A stretch of 49,370 nt of DNA, from the NCBI RefSeq assembly GCF_004010195.1, contig NC_057719.1, positions 5,651,258 to 5,700,627 of the forward strand, written 5' to 3'. Below are positions 1-13,914 of this stretch, one piece after another. Each line of letters opens with the position of its first letter. The stretch's first letter is position 1. The stretch is from Chiloscyllium plagiosum (lineage: Eukaryota). The translations under genes and the position numbers were made by a program. The notes below the pieces were generated by a model. It was not told where the DNA came from. It ran no database searches and saw nothing but the letters and a program-made list of their open reading frames with translations.

Positions 1-59
1 ACCATTAAAACACTGTCAAATCTCTTAGAATAGATTTGTTAAACAAACACCTGTACAGC

Positions 60-320
60 CATAAAGTCATACACTACAGAAACAGACTCTTTGGTCCAAT
101 TCACCCACACCAACCAGATATCCCAATCTGACCTATTCCTATTTGCCAGCGCTTGGCCCATATCCATCTTCCTATTCATATACCCATCTAGATGCTTTTC
201 AAATGTTGTAATTATACCCGTCACCACCACTTCCTCTGGCAGCTTGTTCCATACACACACCACTGTCTGTGTGAAAAAGATATCCATCAGGTCCTTTTTA
301 AATCTTTTCCCTCTCATCTT
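60..320 (-). mobile_element. CR1-clade LINE 3' fragment
   Basis: Minus ORF RGKRFKKDL..FFTQTVVCVWNKLPEEVV is typical of the CR1 ORF2 C-terminus. Similar to 30205-30480. Confidence 0.85.
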
Positions 321-339
321 AAACGTATGTCATTCAGCT

Positions 340-432
340 TTAGAGTCTGGGGAAGGGTCACTGGATTAAATCTGATTACTGTCAACAGATGCTGCCAGAC
401 CTGCTGAGCTTTTTTTGCAATTTCTCTTTTTG
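340..432 (+). mobile_element. Penelope-like terminal-repeat fragment with a decayed hammerhead motif
   Basis: ctggggaagggtcactgga...gatgctgccagacctgctgagc resembles 4508-4590. Confidence 0.6.
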
Positions 433-1544
433 CCTCTTTACAGCTAATCTGGTTCACCCCTGTCAGCATCCTGGTGAATTTACATTGTACCTCCTTCAGT
501 GCAATCACATCTGCCTTTTAGTGCGGTGAACAGAACTGCACACAGTATTCCAGTTGTGGTCAAACTATAGTCCTGTACCATTCCAACAAAAGCTCCCTGC
601 CTGTATAATCTTTGCCATGACTGATAAAGAAAAGTGTTCTGTATGTCTTCATAAGCAAAACGTTATCCTGTCCAGCTGTCTTTGGGGATCTGTGAACAAG
701 CACCCCAACATCCCTCTGTTCCTCCTCGTGTTCTGCTAGTCATTGAATACTCCTTTGTCTATTTGATCTGTTTGGGGAGGGTGGGGGAGGCCTACTTATA
801 AAGTATTCTTAAATAAAAAAAAGTCCACAGAAAATACTGTCACTTGTTAACTAAATAAAACTAACCATCTGTTATATTAGACACATAAAGTGTTAGAGGT
901 AGGCTGAATTGTATGATTCATGACTTGCAAAATGATAGTCCCATAATCTGGTTGCAGAAAAAGTCAAGTATTTTTGGCCACCCACTCCAAAACTGTTTCC
1001 GGCATTCTGGCATCACCAGTTGAAGCTCCCCTACATCAGAGTGAATTGGCATAAACTTGCTGTATAATTATGACACTAGAGGCCTTATACCCACTAACAA
1101 GGTCAAGACCCCAAAGGTATTTTCATTTAAATCTATTTTCTGAATGCAAACACGTCAGACCAACATTTACTGCTGCTGTTCACATGAAGCTATGTTAGTC
1201 AACAGTGCTAAATGTCATCACTTTTCAACAACAGTCAAATTATAACTTTTTTCAGTTTTATCCTTTTCATTTTTCTTGCACCTGTGATTTCAAATTCCTC
1301 TATTCAAAGAATTCTGTTAGCTGTTTCTAAAATGTCCTGTGATATATCATCTGCTAAAAATAATTGCTATTACTAGGAATGTACTAAAGCACAAGTGAAC
1401 TAATGAAAATTTCATGGCATACTTATATTAACTGTGACAAATCAGCACAACCAGAGGTTCGATGCTTCCAGCCAGGTCAGAAGAGGATATTTTTAGACAA
1501 GTAAAAGAGTCGTGATAGGAGAATGAATTAAGAGTACTATGTGG

Positions 1545-2135
1545 AAACAAACCAATGAACATGTAAGAGTGGAGGAGAAAAAAAGAGAGAGGATAGACAG
1601 AAGGGCAGGAGCAAAGAGGAAATGTGGGGTAGAGAGATTGAGGAAATGGGGAGAGACCTGTGGCAGAAAGAGATTAAGGGAGAAGTCAAAGAAAGAAAGG
1701 AGGTCGGAAGGAAGGAAAGAGTGAGGGAGGGAGAAAGAGAGGAAAGGGAAAGAGAGAGATTAAACTGTGGGGAGAGAAAAATAGAAAGACAGATAGAGAG
1801 AGGAAAGGTGGGGAGTTTGAGACAAGTGGGGGTAAAGAAAAAAGGGGGGGTAAGAAACAATGTAGAAAGTGAGAGAGGGAGAGACAGGACATGAGGGGGT
1901 AGGTGAGAAAGGTGGGATAAAAGGGGGAATAAAAGAGAGAGTGGAGGGGTAAGGGGGAAAGAGGGGAACAAGATGAGGAGTGCAGGGGAGACAGGAAATC
2001 TAAGGGACAGATGGGTACGGATGAAGGGAAATACTGAGGAGTGGAACTGAAGAAAGGAAATGAAGGAGAGGAAGAAAAAGGCGAAGAGAAGAGAGTGGAA
2101 GGGAGCGAAGGCAGGAAAGAAAATCTAAGGGAATG
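1545..2135. repeat. Purine-rich (GA) low-complexity tract
   Basis: About 600 bp almost entirely G/A on the + strand. It explains the spurious ORFs at 1537-2165. Confidence 0.9.
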
Positions 2136-2257
2136 AAAACTAATGCTGTTTCCTACCATTGGCATAGCCTGAATTAGAAAGTTGAGAGGAGAGAATTATC
2201 TAAATTTAATGGTCACACATCTTCTCTCATCACTGGTTGATTGTTATTGAAGTCTAG

Positions 2258-2436
2258 GTGAAAACAAGGACTGCAGATGCTGGAGATCAGAGTCAAGATT
2301 AGAGTGGTGCTGGAAAAGCACAGCAGTTCAGGCAGCATCCGAGAAGTAGGAAAATCAATGTTCTGATGATGGGCTGTTAATGTCGATTTTCCTGCTCCTT
2401 GGATGCTGCCTTTTCCAGCACCACACTAATCTTGAC
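2258..2436. mobile_element. Fold-back (inverted) PLE terminal-repeat mini-element
   Basis: gtcaagattagagtggtgctggaaaag...ggcagcatcc (from 2292) is reverse-complementary to ggatgctgcc-ttttccagcaccacactaatcttgac (to 2436). There is a central ctgatga remnant. Confidence 0.8.
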
Positions 2437-2512
2437 CCTGTGTCGTATGGGCAGATCAGCAAAAAATATCGCTCACGATCGCCCAAAAGTCTAACGCAAA
2501 GTATAGTGCAGC

Positions 2513-3270
2513 CTGATGCCATAGGGGTTGAAGTGTTCCGAGGTGGAAGATGAGGCGTTCTTCCTCCAGGCGTCGGGTGGTGAGGGAGCAGCGGTGGAGG
2601 ATACCCAGGACCTGCATGTCGTCGGCAGAGGGGAAGTTGAAATGTTGGGCCATGGGGCAGTGGGGTTGATTGGTGCGGGTGTCCCGGAGATGTTCCCTAA
2701 AGCGCTCTGCTCGGAGGCGTCCAGTCTCTCCAATGTAGAGGAGACCACATCAGGAGCAACGGATACAATAAATGATATTGGTGGGTGTGCAGGTAAAACT
2801 TTGATGGATGTGGAAGGCTCCTTTAGGGCCTTGGATGGAGGTGAGGGAGGAGGTGTGCGCACAGGTTTTGCAATTTCTGCGGTGGCAGGGGAGGGTGCCA
2901 GGAAGGGAGGGTGGGTTGTTGGGGGGCATGGACCTGACCAGGTAGTNNNNNNNNNNNNNNNNNNNNNNNNNNNNNNNNNNNNNNNNNNNNNNNNNNNNNN
3001 NNNNNNNNNNNNNNNNNNNNNNNNNNNNNNNNNNNNNNNNNNNNNNNNNNNNNNNNNNNNNNNNNNNNNNNNNNNNNGTCGGTGGGTTTGTAAAAAATGT
3101 CAGTGTCAAGTCGGTCATCATTAATGGAGGTGGAGAGGTCCAGGAAGGGGAGGGAGGTGTCAGAGATGGTCCAGGTAAATTTAAGGTCAGGGTGGAATGT
3201 GTTGGTGAAGTTGATGAATTGCTCAACCTCCTCGCGGGAGCACAAGGTGGCGCCAAGGTAGTCATCAAGT
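2513..3270 (-). mobile_element. Penelope-like element, 5'-truncated (RT C-terminus plus GIY-YIG endonuclease), spanning the gap
   Basis: DDYLGATLCSREEVEQFINFTNTFHPDLKFT..LPFLD..FYKPTD; CHRRNCKTCAH linker; IIYCIRCS; RRLEEERLIFHLGTLQP. Confidence 0.92.
2947..3077. other. Assembly gap (131 N)
   Basis: Run of N. Confidence 1.
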
Positions 3271-3669
3271 CTGTTCATTCTGTTTGAGTATCTGAACATC
3301 TCATCAATGATTGAGCAAATCCTATTGGTTATTTCATCAGTGAATTAGGATAAATGAGTGGTTTGTAAACAGTGTTTTACAGTCCTTAAAACAAAAGGTT
3401 TTGAATGAAGCAATGCCAAGCTTGTGTTGTCACTGTTCAGAGGAGAATTCCCTCTTCAGTGGACAACAGAATCGTAGGGAGAATAAGTTGTGCACTTCTG
3501 CTTTTCAGCCTGGGTGGGTCCGATTAAACACCAGGGGCCTTTGGTTACCTATCTCTTAATGTAAGAAGTAAGGAGCAGGCCATTCAAGCCTGCAGTGCCA
3601 GTGACTAGCTCATTTGGGAGTGAGGGACTGACATTAAAAAAGGAAACATTATGGCATTCAAGCCCTGGT

Positions 3670-3998
3670 CTTTTCAGCAAAGAGAAGGTTGAGAGGAGAT
3701 TTGATAACAATAATCAAAGTCATGAGGGGTGTGAACAGGGAGCAATTGTCCCTTTAGTGGAAAAATTGTGAACCAGTGGCTACATGTCTAAGGTGACTGG
3801 CAAAATAAGCAACCGTGGACATTGGTAAGGCCAGTTTAAGAATACTGAGTGCAATTCTGGTCATCCTTCTGCAGGAAAGATGTTAAATTTGAGAGGATGC
3901 AGAAAAGATTTATATGAATGCTGGTGGGACTGGAGAGTTTGAGTTATAGGGAGGAACTGAATAGGCTGGGGCTTTTTTGTCTGGAGTGATAGAGGTGA
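3670..3998 (+). mobile_element. Degenerate CR1 RT fragments
   Basis: ttggtaaggccagtttaagaatactgagtgcaattctgg (LVRP..EY.VQFW-like) and agttatagggaggaactgaatagg (SYRE.L). Confidence 0.7.
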
Positions 3999-3999
3999 G

Positions 4000-4640
4000 G
4001 GTGGTCTCCTCTACACTGGGGCAACAAAGTATAGACTGGGTAACTATTTCACAGAACACCTATATTTTGTCTGCAAAAAAGACCCTGAGCTTCCTGTTGC
4101 CTACCGCTTCAATACGCCACCCTGTTTCCCAGCCACCATCTCTGTCTCAGGCTTGCTGCAATGCTCCTGTGAAACTCAGTGCCAGCTGAAAGAACAGAAC
4201 TTCATTTTCCATGAAGGAACTGTACAGCTTTCTGGACTCCATATCGAGTTCAACAATGTTAGGGTTTGAAGCATCCTCTCCCATGTCCTTTTCCCAACAC
4301 CACACGTCAGGCCTTGTTATCACATGGTCTGCTATAACACACAGCTCATTGTTGGCCACTAATAGTCCCGGTTAGTAGCTGTTCATTCTCTCAGGCTGAT
4401 CCTCTGTCCAACTGTTCTCTCTCTTTGGACTCTATCTCCACCTATCATTCAATCCTTACCTCCTCCTCCCACTCTAACTTCTGAACAATATCCTAGGTGC
4501 CATCAGTCTGAGGAAGGGTCACTAGATCCGAAACATTAACTGTGACTTCTCTCCACAGGTGCTGTCTGACCTGCTGAGCTTTTCCAACAATTTCTGGGTT
4601 TTTTTATTTCTCAATCCGCAGTTTATTCGGTTTTTATTTT
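4000..4640 (+). mobile_element. Old Penelope-like 3' fragment (GIY-YIG remnant plus terminal repeat)
   Basis: ggtctcctctacactggggcaac (GLLY.G), gaacagaacttcattttcc (EQ.LIF), then a terminal repeat with a hammerhead motif. Confidence 0.8.
4504..4542 (+). ncRNA. Minimal hammerhead ribozyme motif, partly decayed
   Basis: CAGT-CTGAGGA-A-GGGTC-acta-GATCC-GAAA-CATTA-ACTG. Core boxes intact, 5-bp helix II with one G-U, CAGT/ACTG helix I. The ACGT palindrome has mutated to ACAT. Confidence 0.6.
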
Positions 4641-4794
4641 GTTATTAGGTGAGCCAGGTAGTGGGTTAAGTTGCTCGAATAAAGCACAGGTATTGATATG
4701 ATGGTCCAAATGGCCTTCCTGTATGCATTGAACATCTGTTTTTTAATGTAACTAACATTCAGATTAAAGGCTAATTTTTGTATCTTCTTATCAG

Positions 4795-4920
4795 GGCTAC
4801 TCTTTCATTGCACCCTCCATTCTCTTCAAACGTAATGCTGTTATGACTGATCCCATTCAGCTTCATCTGGGAGTGGATCGTCCTGGTAGTACTGCCATTG
4901 CACGCAGTGCTATGATGAAG
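4795..4920 (+). CDS. RPS6KA5: RPS6KA5/MSK1 internal coding exon (linker, hydrophobic motif)
   Basis: tcag|GGC..AAG|gtact, 126 bp, phase 0/0. Translates GYSFIAPSILFKRNAVMTDPIQLHLGVDRPGSTAIARSAMMK, matching the MSK1 linker with the (FQ)GYSF hydrophobic motif. Upstream exons lie outside the window. Confidence 0.96.
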
Positions 4921-5184
4921 GTACTTACAATGTTAACTAGGACTTAGTCATTGCATCTTTGAGTTTATTATTATCATAAGTGCCCATTTCAGATGAGCTA
5001 CACTTCGATCTGACATTTGTCAGTTTATCTTTGAAAAAACTTTAAATAATATAAATGAGGTCTTAACACTGGGAATGTCAAATGTTTTGTTTGAAGTGCA
5101 TCTCTACAATTATACTTAGGTGAATGTAAGTTACTCATATTTAACAGAATTTTTAAATTCCATCTCCCCGCCTACCTCTAATAG

Positions 5185-5319
<135 letters not shown>

Positions 5320-5489
5320 TAATGCCAAACCAAGATTGTATTAAAAATATACCATATAAGATTCCTGTTAATCCAGTATCTTGTATCCCTTTTATACGTA
5401 TCAGCTTTTTTTGCTTTATAGCAAGAAAATCTCAGAAACATCAATGTAGAGGTAAATATTAGACCTTTCTATTGAAAAAAAATTTGTGA

Positions 5490-5830
5490 GATGTGTGTGC
5501 AGCTGGCTAGGCCAGCATGTATTGCCCATCTCTAATTGTCCAGGGGACAATTGAATGTCAACCACATTGCTGTGTGACTGGAGTCGCATGTCAGTCAGAG
5601 CAGGTAAGACTGGCAGATTTCCTTTCCGAAATCATATTAGTGAACCAGATGGGTATTTACAACAACTGATAGTAGTACATGTTTATCATTAGCCGAGGTT
5701 TTAATTCCAGATCTTTTTTATATTGGATTCAGATTTCATCATCTGCCATGGTGGGATTTGAGTCCATACCCAAAGACTTTGCTTAGGGTTCTAAATTACT
5801 CGTCCAGTGACATTATCATTGCCTCCCCAC
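5490..5830 (-). mobile_element. tRNA-derived SINE, second family (not HE1)
   Basis: Shares blocks (ttgcccatc.ctaattg, ggcagatttcc, agtgaaccaga) with copies at 14125-14440, 15890-16100, 32460-32710 and 42545-42730. Degenerate B-box-like head near 5750-5765. Confidence 0.7.
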
Positions 5831-6267
5831 CCTTAAGAGTACTTGTATTTAAAGCATTATGGCCAAGATGATTGTTTGTACACTTAGAACATTGATTTGA
5901 CTTTATTTGTCCCTTATCCCTCATACAACATCCAGATTTGATATTTTGTGTTGAAGCAAAGATAACTATTTATTTCTTCTCCCTTATTGTAATATTTTCC
6001 TTATGAAGATTCTTCTTCATTTTCTTCGACATAAATAATATTGTCAGTTAGTAGGAGTGGGAAGTACCACATCCGAACTGCTTTCCAGCACTGTCACAAA
6101 TAGAGGTGATAAGTACTTGCCAGTACTCTTGCTGAAAGTCTCAAATACTTTGCAAGGTTTCTAATTTTGAGATCTTATGTTTTGACAAGTTATTTGTGTT
6201 TTTCCTTCTTAGAAGTTCATTAGGCTCTAAGATAACAGAAAGGATGAATATTCTAGAATCGATGAAG

Positions 6268-6463
6268 GGTATAAAGGTAAAGTTGCCATAGTCCTACTGG
6301 ACCAAGGGGCTGCTGACTCATTAGAGAGAGACAACTAGTGTGGGTTAATCGAGGCATGAGATAACCTTTTGGTAACTTCAGCTGGTGCAGGGATTGAATC
6401 CAATCTATTGGCTTTAATCTGTACTGCAAGCTAGCCATCCAATCAACTGAGCTAACTGTCCCC
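6268..6463 (-). mobile_element. tRNA-derived SINE, third family
   Basis: Minus strand reads ggggacagTTAGCTCAGTTG (A-box-like) ... GGATTCAATCCC (B-box-like), with a tttacc repeat tail. Confidence 0.6.
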
Positions 6464-6968
6464 CTGTATGAAGTGTAAAGTATATACACTGAAATTAAAT
6501 CATAAAATGCTGATAATATTTAGTAAGGCTGGCAGTAGCCATGAAGAAGGAAATGGATAGTGTGTTAGAATACAAACTTTTCTCAGTTCTAACAAAAGAT
6601 TCCACACGCTAAAAGTGACTCGATCCCCTGAAGTGACAATATTCTCCTGCTATGAGAAACTATTCTACCCTCTGAACTCTGGGTTCTTCTGGACTAAAAT
6701 TTTGAATCTCTATTCTGAAGTCAAAACTGAACTAATTGTATTTGTGCTGCCTGTCTTAAACCCCATAATATAAATATCATACCCATTAACACTTTGGCAA
6801 TCCCGAGGCAACCTATGACAATCACATATTTTCTTGAACCTGATATATTTAGGTCACTGTTCCAAATTCACATTCTGACCCTTTTTGCCTTGGTTATGAT
6901 GCCCCCATGTCATGTGTGAATTTTAAAAATGACACAATAACCTTGAGCAGTAGTGGAGAGGGGCTAGA

Positions 6969-7509
<541 letters not shown>

Positions 7510-8489
7510 TAGTTTGGCAATCCACATTAAATGATTTTCTGTTAAGTGTGCCTTGCCTTCCAGTAACAGTTGCAGTATATTTTCTTCAAATTAACTTGAT
7601 GGGAGTCATTTGATGATATCAGAAAAAAGTGTTCTTGTAACTTGAGAACCACAGATGCCAATAATGTGACATTATCCATCTCACCAGACACTACAAAGGC
7701 TGTGACATTATAAATGATGCAACTAAAGGGAGAGCAAGCAATCACTTCTAGCTTCTGAGAACATATTGAATTTTTGGGATTCCAGTCTTTGGATGAGGAA
7801 ATTAAACTCAGGTATAGTTTCCCTCCTTACATGGAATTGGAAGATCCCAAGGCAGTGTTTAAAAAACACTTGATGTAATTTATGTCTGAATTGATACTAA
7901 GCAAAACCACTGATCGGATTATTTATGTTAGCATTTTTATAGGACCTTATTACCTGCATATACCCACAAAGCAACAGAAAAAGTATTTCAATCTAAATCA
8001 TTAAATATAATGTGTAAGATGCTGTATACATTCAATTTTTACAGCTCTCCAGGAGTCTGAGGATGATGCTGCCCAATGGTCACATTGTCTCTTTCACTAA
8101 GCTCATGAAAAAACACATTAGCCACCTGTTTCCACATCCAGCGCTGAAATCAGAATTATCCAGTTAATGACAAGTTCCTACTTCCCAAGAGTAAAATAAA
8201 CTGTTCCCATTCCCAGCTCAAATTCCTTCTTGCTACTTCCACTCCCCTTCTCATGTGCCTTCCACCACAATGTGTCCACACTGTCGGCCGCATCACTCCT
8301 GCCAGCTGTCCACCACAGCTTCTTTCCCTGTCTCTCCATTCTCTGTCCTTCTGCTTTACGTTCCCATTTTTCCATAATGCTATCTATTTTGCCTCTGCTT
8401 GCTTTGCAATCTTAAATTCTCATTCTCTCAACATCAGCTACAATTGCCACGTCTACCGCCCCCTTCCTGCTAGTTGCATTTTCCATTAG

Positions 8490-9530
8490 CAGCAAGGTTC
8501 TGACCTGGATAGAGGATTGGCTGACTGGTAGAAAGCAGAGAGGAGGGATTAAGGCATCTTTTTCAGGATGTCAACCAGTGATTAGTGGAATTTCACAGGG
8601 ACCACAACTATACATGTTATATATTAACAATCTGGATGAAGGAACCGAGGGCATTATTGCTAAGTTTGCAGATGACACAAAGATGGAGGCACAGGTAATA
8701 TTGAAGAAGTGGAGAGGCTGCAGAAGGACTTGGACAATATGAGAGAGTAGGCAAAATAATAGCAGATGAAATACAGTGCGGGCTAAGTGTGAGACTATGC
8801 ACTTTGGTAGGAGGAACAGACATAGACAATTTTCTAGATGAGGAAAGGCTTTGGAAATCTAAAGCACAACAGGACTTAAGAATCCTAGTTCAGGATTCTC
8901 TTAAGGTTAAATGCAACGTTAGCATTTATTTCAAGATGTCTAGAGTATAAGAAAAGGAATATGCTACTGGGATTGTTTAAGGCTCTGGTCAGACCACATT
9001 TGGAATATTGTGAGCAGTTTTGGGCCTTGTATCTAAGGATGGATGTGCTGGCATTGGGGAGGGTCCAGAGGAGGTTTACAAGAATGATCCCAAGTTGAAG
9101 GGCTTATCGTATGAGGAGCAGTTGAGGACTCTGGATCTGTACTCAATGGGATTTAAAAAGATAAGGGAGGAACTCATTCAAAGTTACAGAATACAGAGAG
9201 GCCTGGAAAGAGTGGATGTGGAGAAAATATTTCCACTAGTAGGACAGACTAAGATCCAAGGGCATAGTCTCAGAGTGAAGAGATGGCCCTTTAGAACTGA
9301 GATGAGGAGGAATTTCTTCAGCAAGAGGTTGGTTAATCTTGGAACTCATTGCCGGAGTGGGCTATGAAGGCCAAGTCATTGAGTGTGTTTAAGACAGAGG
9401 TAGATAGGTTCTTGATTAGTAAGGAGATCAAGGGTTATGGGGAGAAGGCAGAAGAATGGGGTTGATTGAATGGTCTTGCAGACTCAGTGAGGTGAGTGGC
9501 CTAATACTCTTCCTGTATCTCATGATCTCA
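8490..9530 (+). mobile_element. CR1 LINE, 5'-truncated, degenerate
   Basis: YINNLDEG..AKFADDTK motif at about 8620-8682, FRTEMRRNFFSKRLVNL, and CR1 3' UTR. Confidence 0.88.
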
Positions 9531-9894
9531 CGCATTTACATTGACTGGCACCATGCCTCACATTGAGGGGATTTGCTAAGCAGAGATGCACTTAATTATG
9601 CTCTCTACTATGTTCTTTCTCTCCTCTCTTCCAAGTTGCCCTCCTTGCCTAACCCAACCTCTCTCTTAACCCCATCTTTCTCTTCCCTCTTTTCCTGTTT
9701 CCTCTTTTCTCCCTTGCACCTCAGCCTTCCCTCTCCACAAGGATTGTACAATTCCTGTCTTCTCTATGTGCAGATCCTATGCAAATCAGGTTGACATTTA
9801 TTACTTGTTTGCAACTCTTTTGGAGAGCAACCAATTTAAGAAAAGGCTGTATTAATGGAATTTGTTTAACTTTTAAATAGACGTTTAAATAATA

Positions 9895-10150
9895 ATTTTA
9901 AGGTGAAGGGCAGGAGGTTTAGAGGGGCTAGAAGGAAAAATATTTCACCCAATCTGGAATGGCAATCTGGAATGCACTGCCTAGCAAGGTAGTAAAGGTG
10001 GAAAACCTCACAATCTTTGAAATGTATGTGGATGAGCACTTGAAAGGTCATAACATTCAACATTATGAGCCAAGTGCTGGAGGTGGGATTAGTCCAAATA
10101 GGTCAGCCTAGGCTCAAAGGGCTGAAGGGCCTCTTCTGTGCTTTCTAATT
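9895..10150 (+). mobile_element. CR1 LINE 3' end fragment
   Basis: ttaaggtgaagggcaggaggtttagagggg..tggaatgcactgcct..gggctgaagggcct. Confidence 0.75.
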
Positions 10151-10801
10151 CTTAAGTCCACTTTGATAATTGTATGATGCAGTAAATGATTTAATTTCAT
10201 AAGGTATCCCTGGTATCAGTATCAGTACTTGAGGTATCACTCCCACACAATCAAACTGTACAGCTATTGTAAAGATGTGGCCTTGATATGTTCAATCTGT
10301 GACTGGGAGCTGAAAAGCTTGTGGGAATTTTAAAAGAACACCAGGTTTCCAAGGTTTTCTTCATCATTTCATTTCCATCTAGCTATCATAAATAATCCAA
10401 TTAATTTTCAGCTCAGCATTACATAAATACTTGCTTCGTGCTGTTTTTTTAAACAAAAATGCAGTCTACAGTCCTTTTCAATGATTTTGTGCAAGAGCAA
10501 ATCATTGCAATTCACCCTGAGAACCATATCCCTTCCCTCATCCTGCCTCACTTTATATTTCAACTGCATTTTCAGTCTCTATTACAGTACTGCAATCTCT
10601 GCCAAGTGACTGCAGTATGTTATTTTATGCGTGCTGGCTCTCTCTCTCTCACGCTTTCTGCTCCTGTCTCTCTGTGGGAGAGCAGGTTATACCTGGGATT
10701 ATAGAAATATAGTCCAAATAATGAGGCATTGAATGCATCATGTTTATTAGAGTTTTGAAAGAATAATCTGTCCATTTAGTCTCTGCAGTTTACCAGTAGT
10801 C

Positions 10802-11128
10802 ATAGAATCACTACGTGTGGAAGCAGGCCATTCAGCCCATTGAGTCCATGCCAACCCTCCAAAAAGCATCCCACTCTGATCCACCCTCTACCCTATAATC
10901 CTCCTATCCTCCACATCCCTGGACCCTATGGGCAATTTAGCATGATCAATCCACCTAACCTGTAGATTTTTGGATTGTGGGAGGAAACCAGAGCACCTGG
11001 AGGAAAACCATATAGACACAGGGTGAATGTGCAGACTCTACACAGACAGTCGCCAGAGGGCGGAATTGAACCCAGGTCCCTGGCGCTATGAGATATCAGT
11101 ATTAAACACTGAGCCACTGTGCGACCCT
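10802..11128 (-). mobile_element. HE1-type V-SINE, older copy
   Basis: Colinear with 6969-7286 (gaggaaaccagagcacctggaggaaaacc; ggaattgaaccc) but more diverged. Confidence 0.85.
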
Positions 11129-12263
11129 GCATATTTTCACTGTCAAGTAAAAAGAAATCAATGCCTTTAAGAAGTTTCTACTGAAGCTGTTTCTAGAACC
11201 CTTTAGGAAATGCATTTCAACTTGCTATGTAAAAAAAATGCTTCACTTCCCTCCCTTGTTCATTTGCTAATTATATCAAATTTTTGTCTGGTTACTGACA
11301 CCTTTGCCTCTTGGAAATAATTGCTCCATACTTTATCAAAATTCTTCATAATTTTGAAATACCTGGCCTGACCAAATCATGTTTGAGCAGTGCATACTGT
11401 AGTAGTTTGCTTTCTAAATTGTAGATGAGACCAGGTTTATTTCTTTTGCCCTGCCATTCAACAAGACTATGGCTGATACACCTCCGACTTCAATTCTTCC
11501 GTGCCAACTCCTCATAACAACTGCCCAATATTTCAAAGATCTATCAGACTCCACTTTAAATATTTTCTGTTATTTAGCCTCTATGACTCATTGGGGTAAA
11601 TAATTCCTGACATTCACTATCCCTGAAAGAAAAAAACTCTTCCCATTATTGTTTTCTCCTCTGTATCTTTTTGTTAAATCTGATTGCAATCCTCTTGTTG
11701 ATTAAATTTCACTAAGACACCAAACCATGCAAATACCTGTCAACTCTAAATATGTAAACATACTGTACAAATTCTTTAATGCCAAGTCTAATACTCAAAC
11801 CGTCAAAATTGTTAATTTCTTTTAAACTGTTGTGCCAATTACATGTTTGGTTTAGAGGTATGGATCAGAAGTGTACCTCAGTATGATAATGCAGCTTCTT
11901 CATCAATGAAAATTTACATATAAAATGAGTATTTTTGTGTAACATTAACTGTAACAATGAGAAAGTTAGTCTCTCCATGTAACTGAAGTCCATAATTTTT
12001 GTTGTGTCATGTGATTTGTTGGTTTGATTAAAGGACATCATGTCAAGTGCACTATCCATGAAATTGGGAAAAAATACTTTAATGAGTCTCTAGTATTGGA
12101 TTATAAAGGCTGTTTTCTCTTACATAGAAAGCATGTGAAAGTGTAGAAAGTCAGTGATGTCTCGCACATTAATTGAGAGTGACTGAAAGAACTTCTATTT
12201 TCCCTATTTTCTTATTTAAAAGAGTTTTGCATTAATTTTAGTTTCTTTCTCCTTCTTTCTTAG

Positions 12264-12458
<195 letters not shown>

Positions 12459-12589
12459 TAGAGCAAGGAAGGTGGAACATGTGTTTGGAGTTCTCATGTT
12501 AATTTATCCTGCCTATTTGACTTTAAGCTAAGTTTCCTTTCTACTCCCTGCACATATCCATTTCTATTCTCGGTCGTTACATACAAATA

Positions 12590-12775
12590 TGCCAGTTAGG
12601 AGCAGGAATAGGCCACTCGGCTTTTCGAGCCTCCTCCATCATTCAATAAGATCATGATTGATCTGTTTACATTGTTGTATTTCTTTGTAACCATTCACTC
12701 CCTTACATATCTAATTCTGATTTAAAGCTATCAAAGACTCTGTTTCCACCACCGTATTGAAGAAGAGTTATGCTC
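12590..12775 (-). mobile_element. CR1 3' end remnant
   Basis: aggagcaggaataggccactcggc..ccatcattcaataagatcatg is the reverse complement of a CR1 3' UTR like that at 21510-21590. Confidence 0.6.
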
Positions 12776-13914
12776 TCTACTTCAGGTTTCTGATACTTGT
12801 GAAATCATTCTGCTCTTAACTGGTGAAACTTTTCCAGTAAATCCAAAATTCATTTAATGACAATTTTTCTGTTCTAGTTTGTGATCACCAAAACCTGAAC
12901 AAGAATTCCTTGTTGCATTATTCAAGAACTGCCATATATAACCAAAACACCCAACTGGAAAAATCATAGGATAGTAATGGTTAGATGGAGGATATTCTGT
13001 ATCATTTTATATCAAGTATGTTTCTATGTAAGCCTTCCTGTGGAATGCATTCGCTTTCAACAACTGGAAAGTTGAGTTTATAAACAACTGTTAGAAACAC
13101 TTTGCCTTCAGACTTGCAGATTTTACGTAGTCTCACAGAATGGAAAATTACACAAATTCTACCTAGGTACTGTAAGCCTCTTCCAGTGAATATAGTTGTA
13201 TAATGCAGATGAGCAATATCTAGTGATGCAAGTCTCATGATTTAACTGGACAAAACTAAAGGGCTCCATTGTTAAATGTCCTATTCTACAAACCATTTCA
13301 TGATTTAACCTCAGGCCCTCTCTGCAGTTAACAATGATCATCAAAGTTTAAACTGTTCTATGTTTTCTTCTTTACTCTGCACTGACAACATGCCCAGCCT
13401 CCTTCTGCTCCGACTTCAAGAATCTGACTTTCTATAGGTTTATTCCCCATGACACCAAGTGCTCCTGCAACATTCCAGAAGCCCTCTATGTCTCCTCATC
13501 TGTCTCCACACATATAACAATTCCCTCATAGTATACCTCTTTGCCATTCCTCACCTTTAGTAAAATAATATACATAACTCTTCTCCCAAGCCTCTTTTTG
13601 ACAAGCAATGTCTCTTTACAAGGTGCCTGGAAACATGACAAGTATCTTTTTCCCAGTGTGATAATTACTGCCAAACAACCTCCCTGACACTGAAAATTAA
13701 CTATTGATAGGTGAAGAATCTCATTCCTGTAGGTTCTAATTGTTGCAGAGTATAAATATGTAAATTTGATTTATTTTTATTTTTCATCTATTTTTCTTTT
13801 CTCTCCTTTGTAACCAATTGTTCTTTTCCCCTTGTTTCCTCTTTCTTCACTTGATTCACATTGAATTCGCCCTTTTCAACTTACATTCCTGTTCCGTTGT
13901 TAACATTGGAGAAG

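Noticed and set aside
1537..2165. Overlapping ORFs rich in S/L/P/F or E/R/K/G
   Set aside because: Artefact of a purine-rich low-complexity tract.
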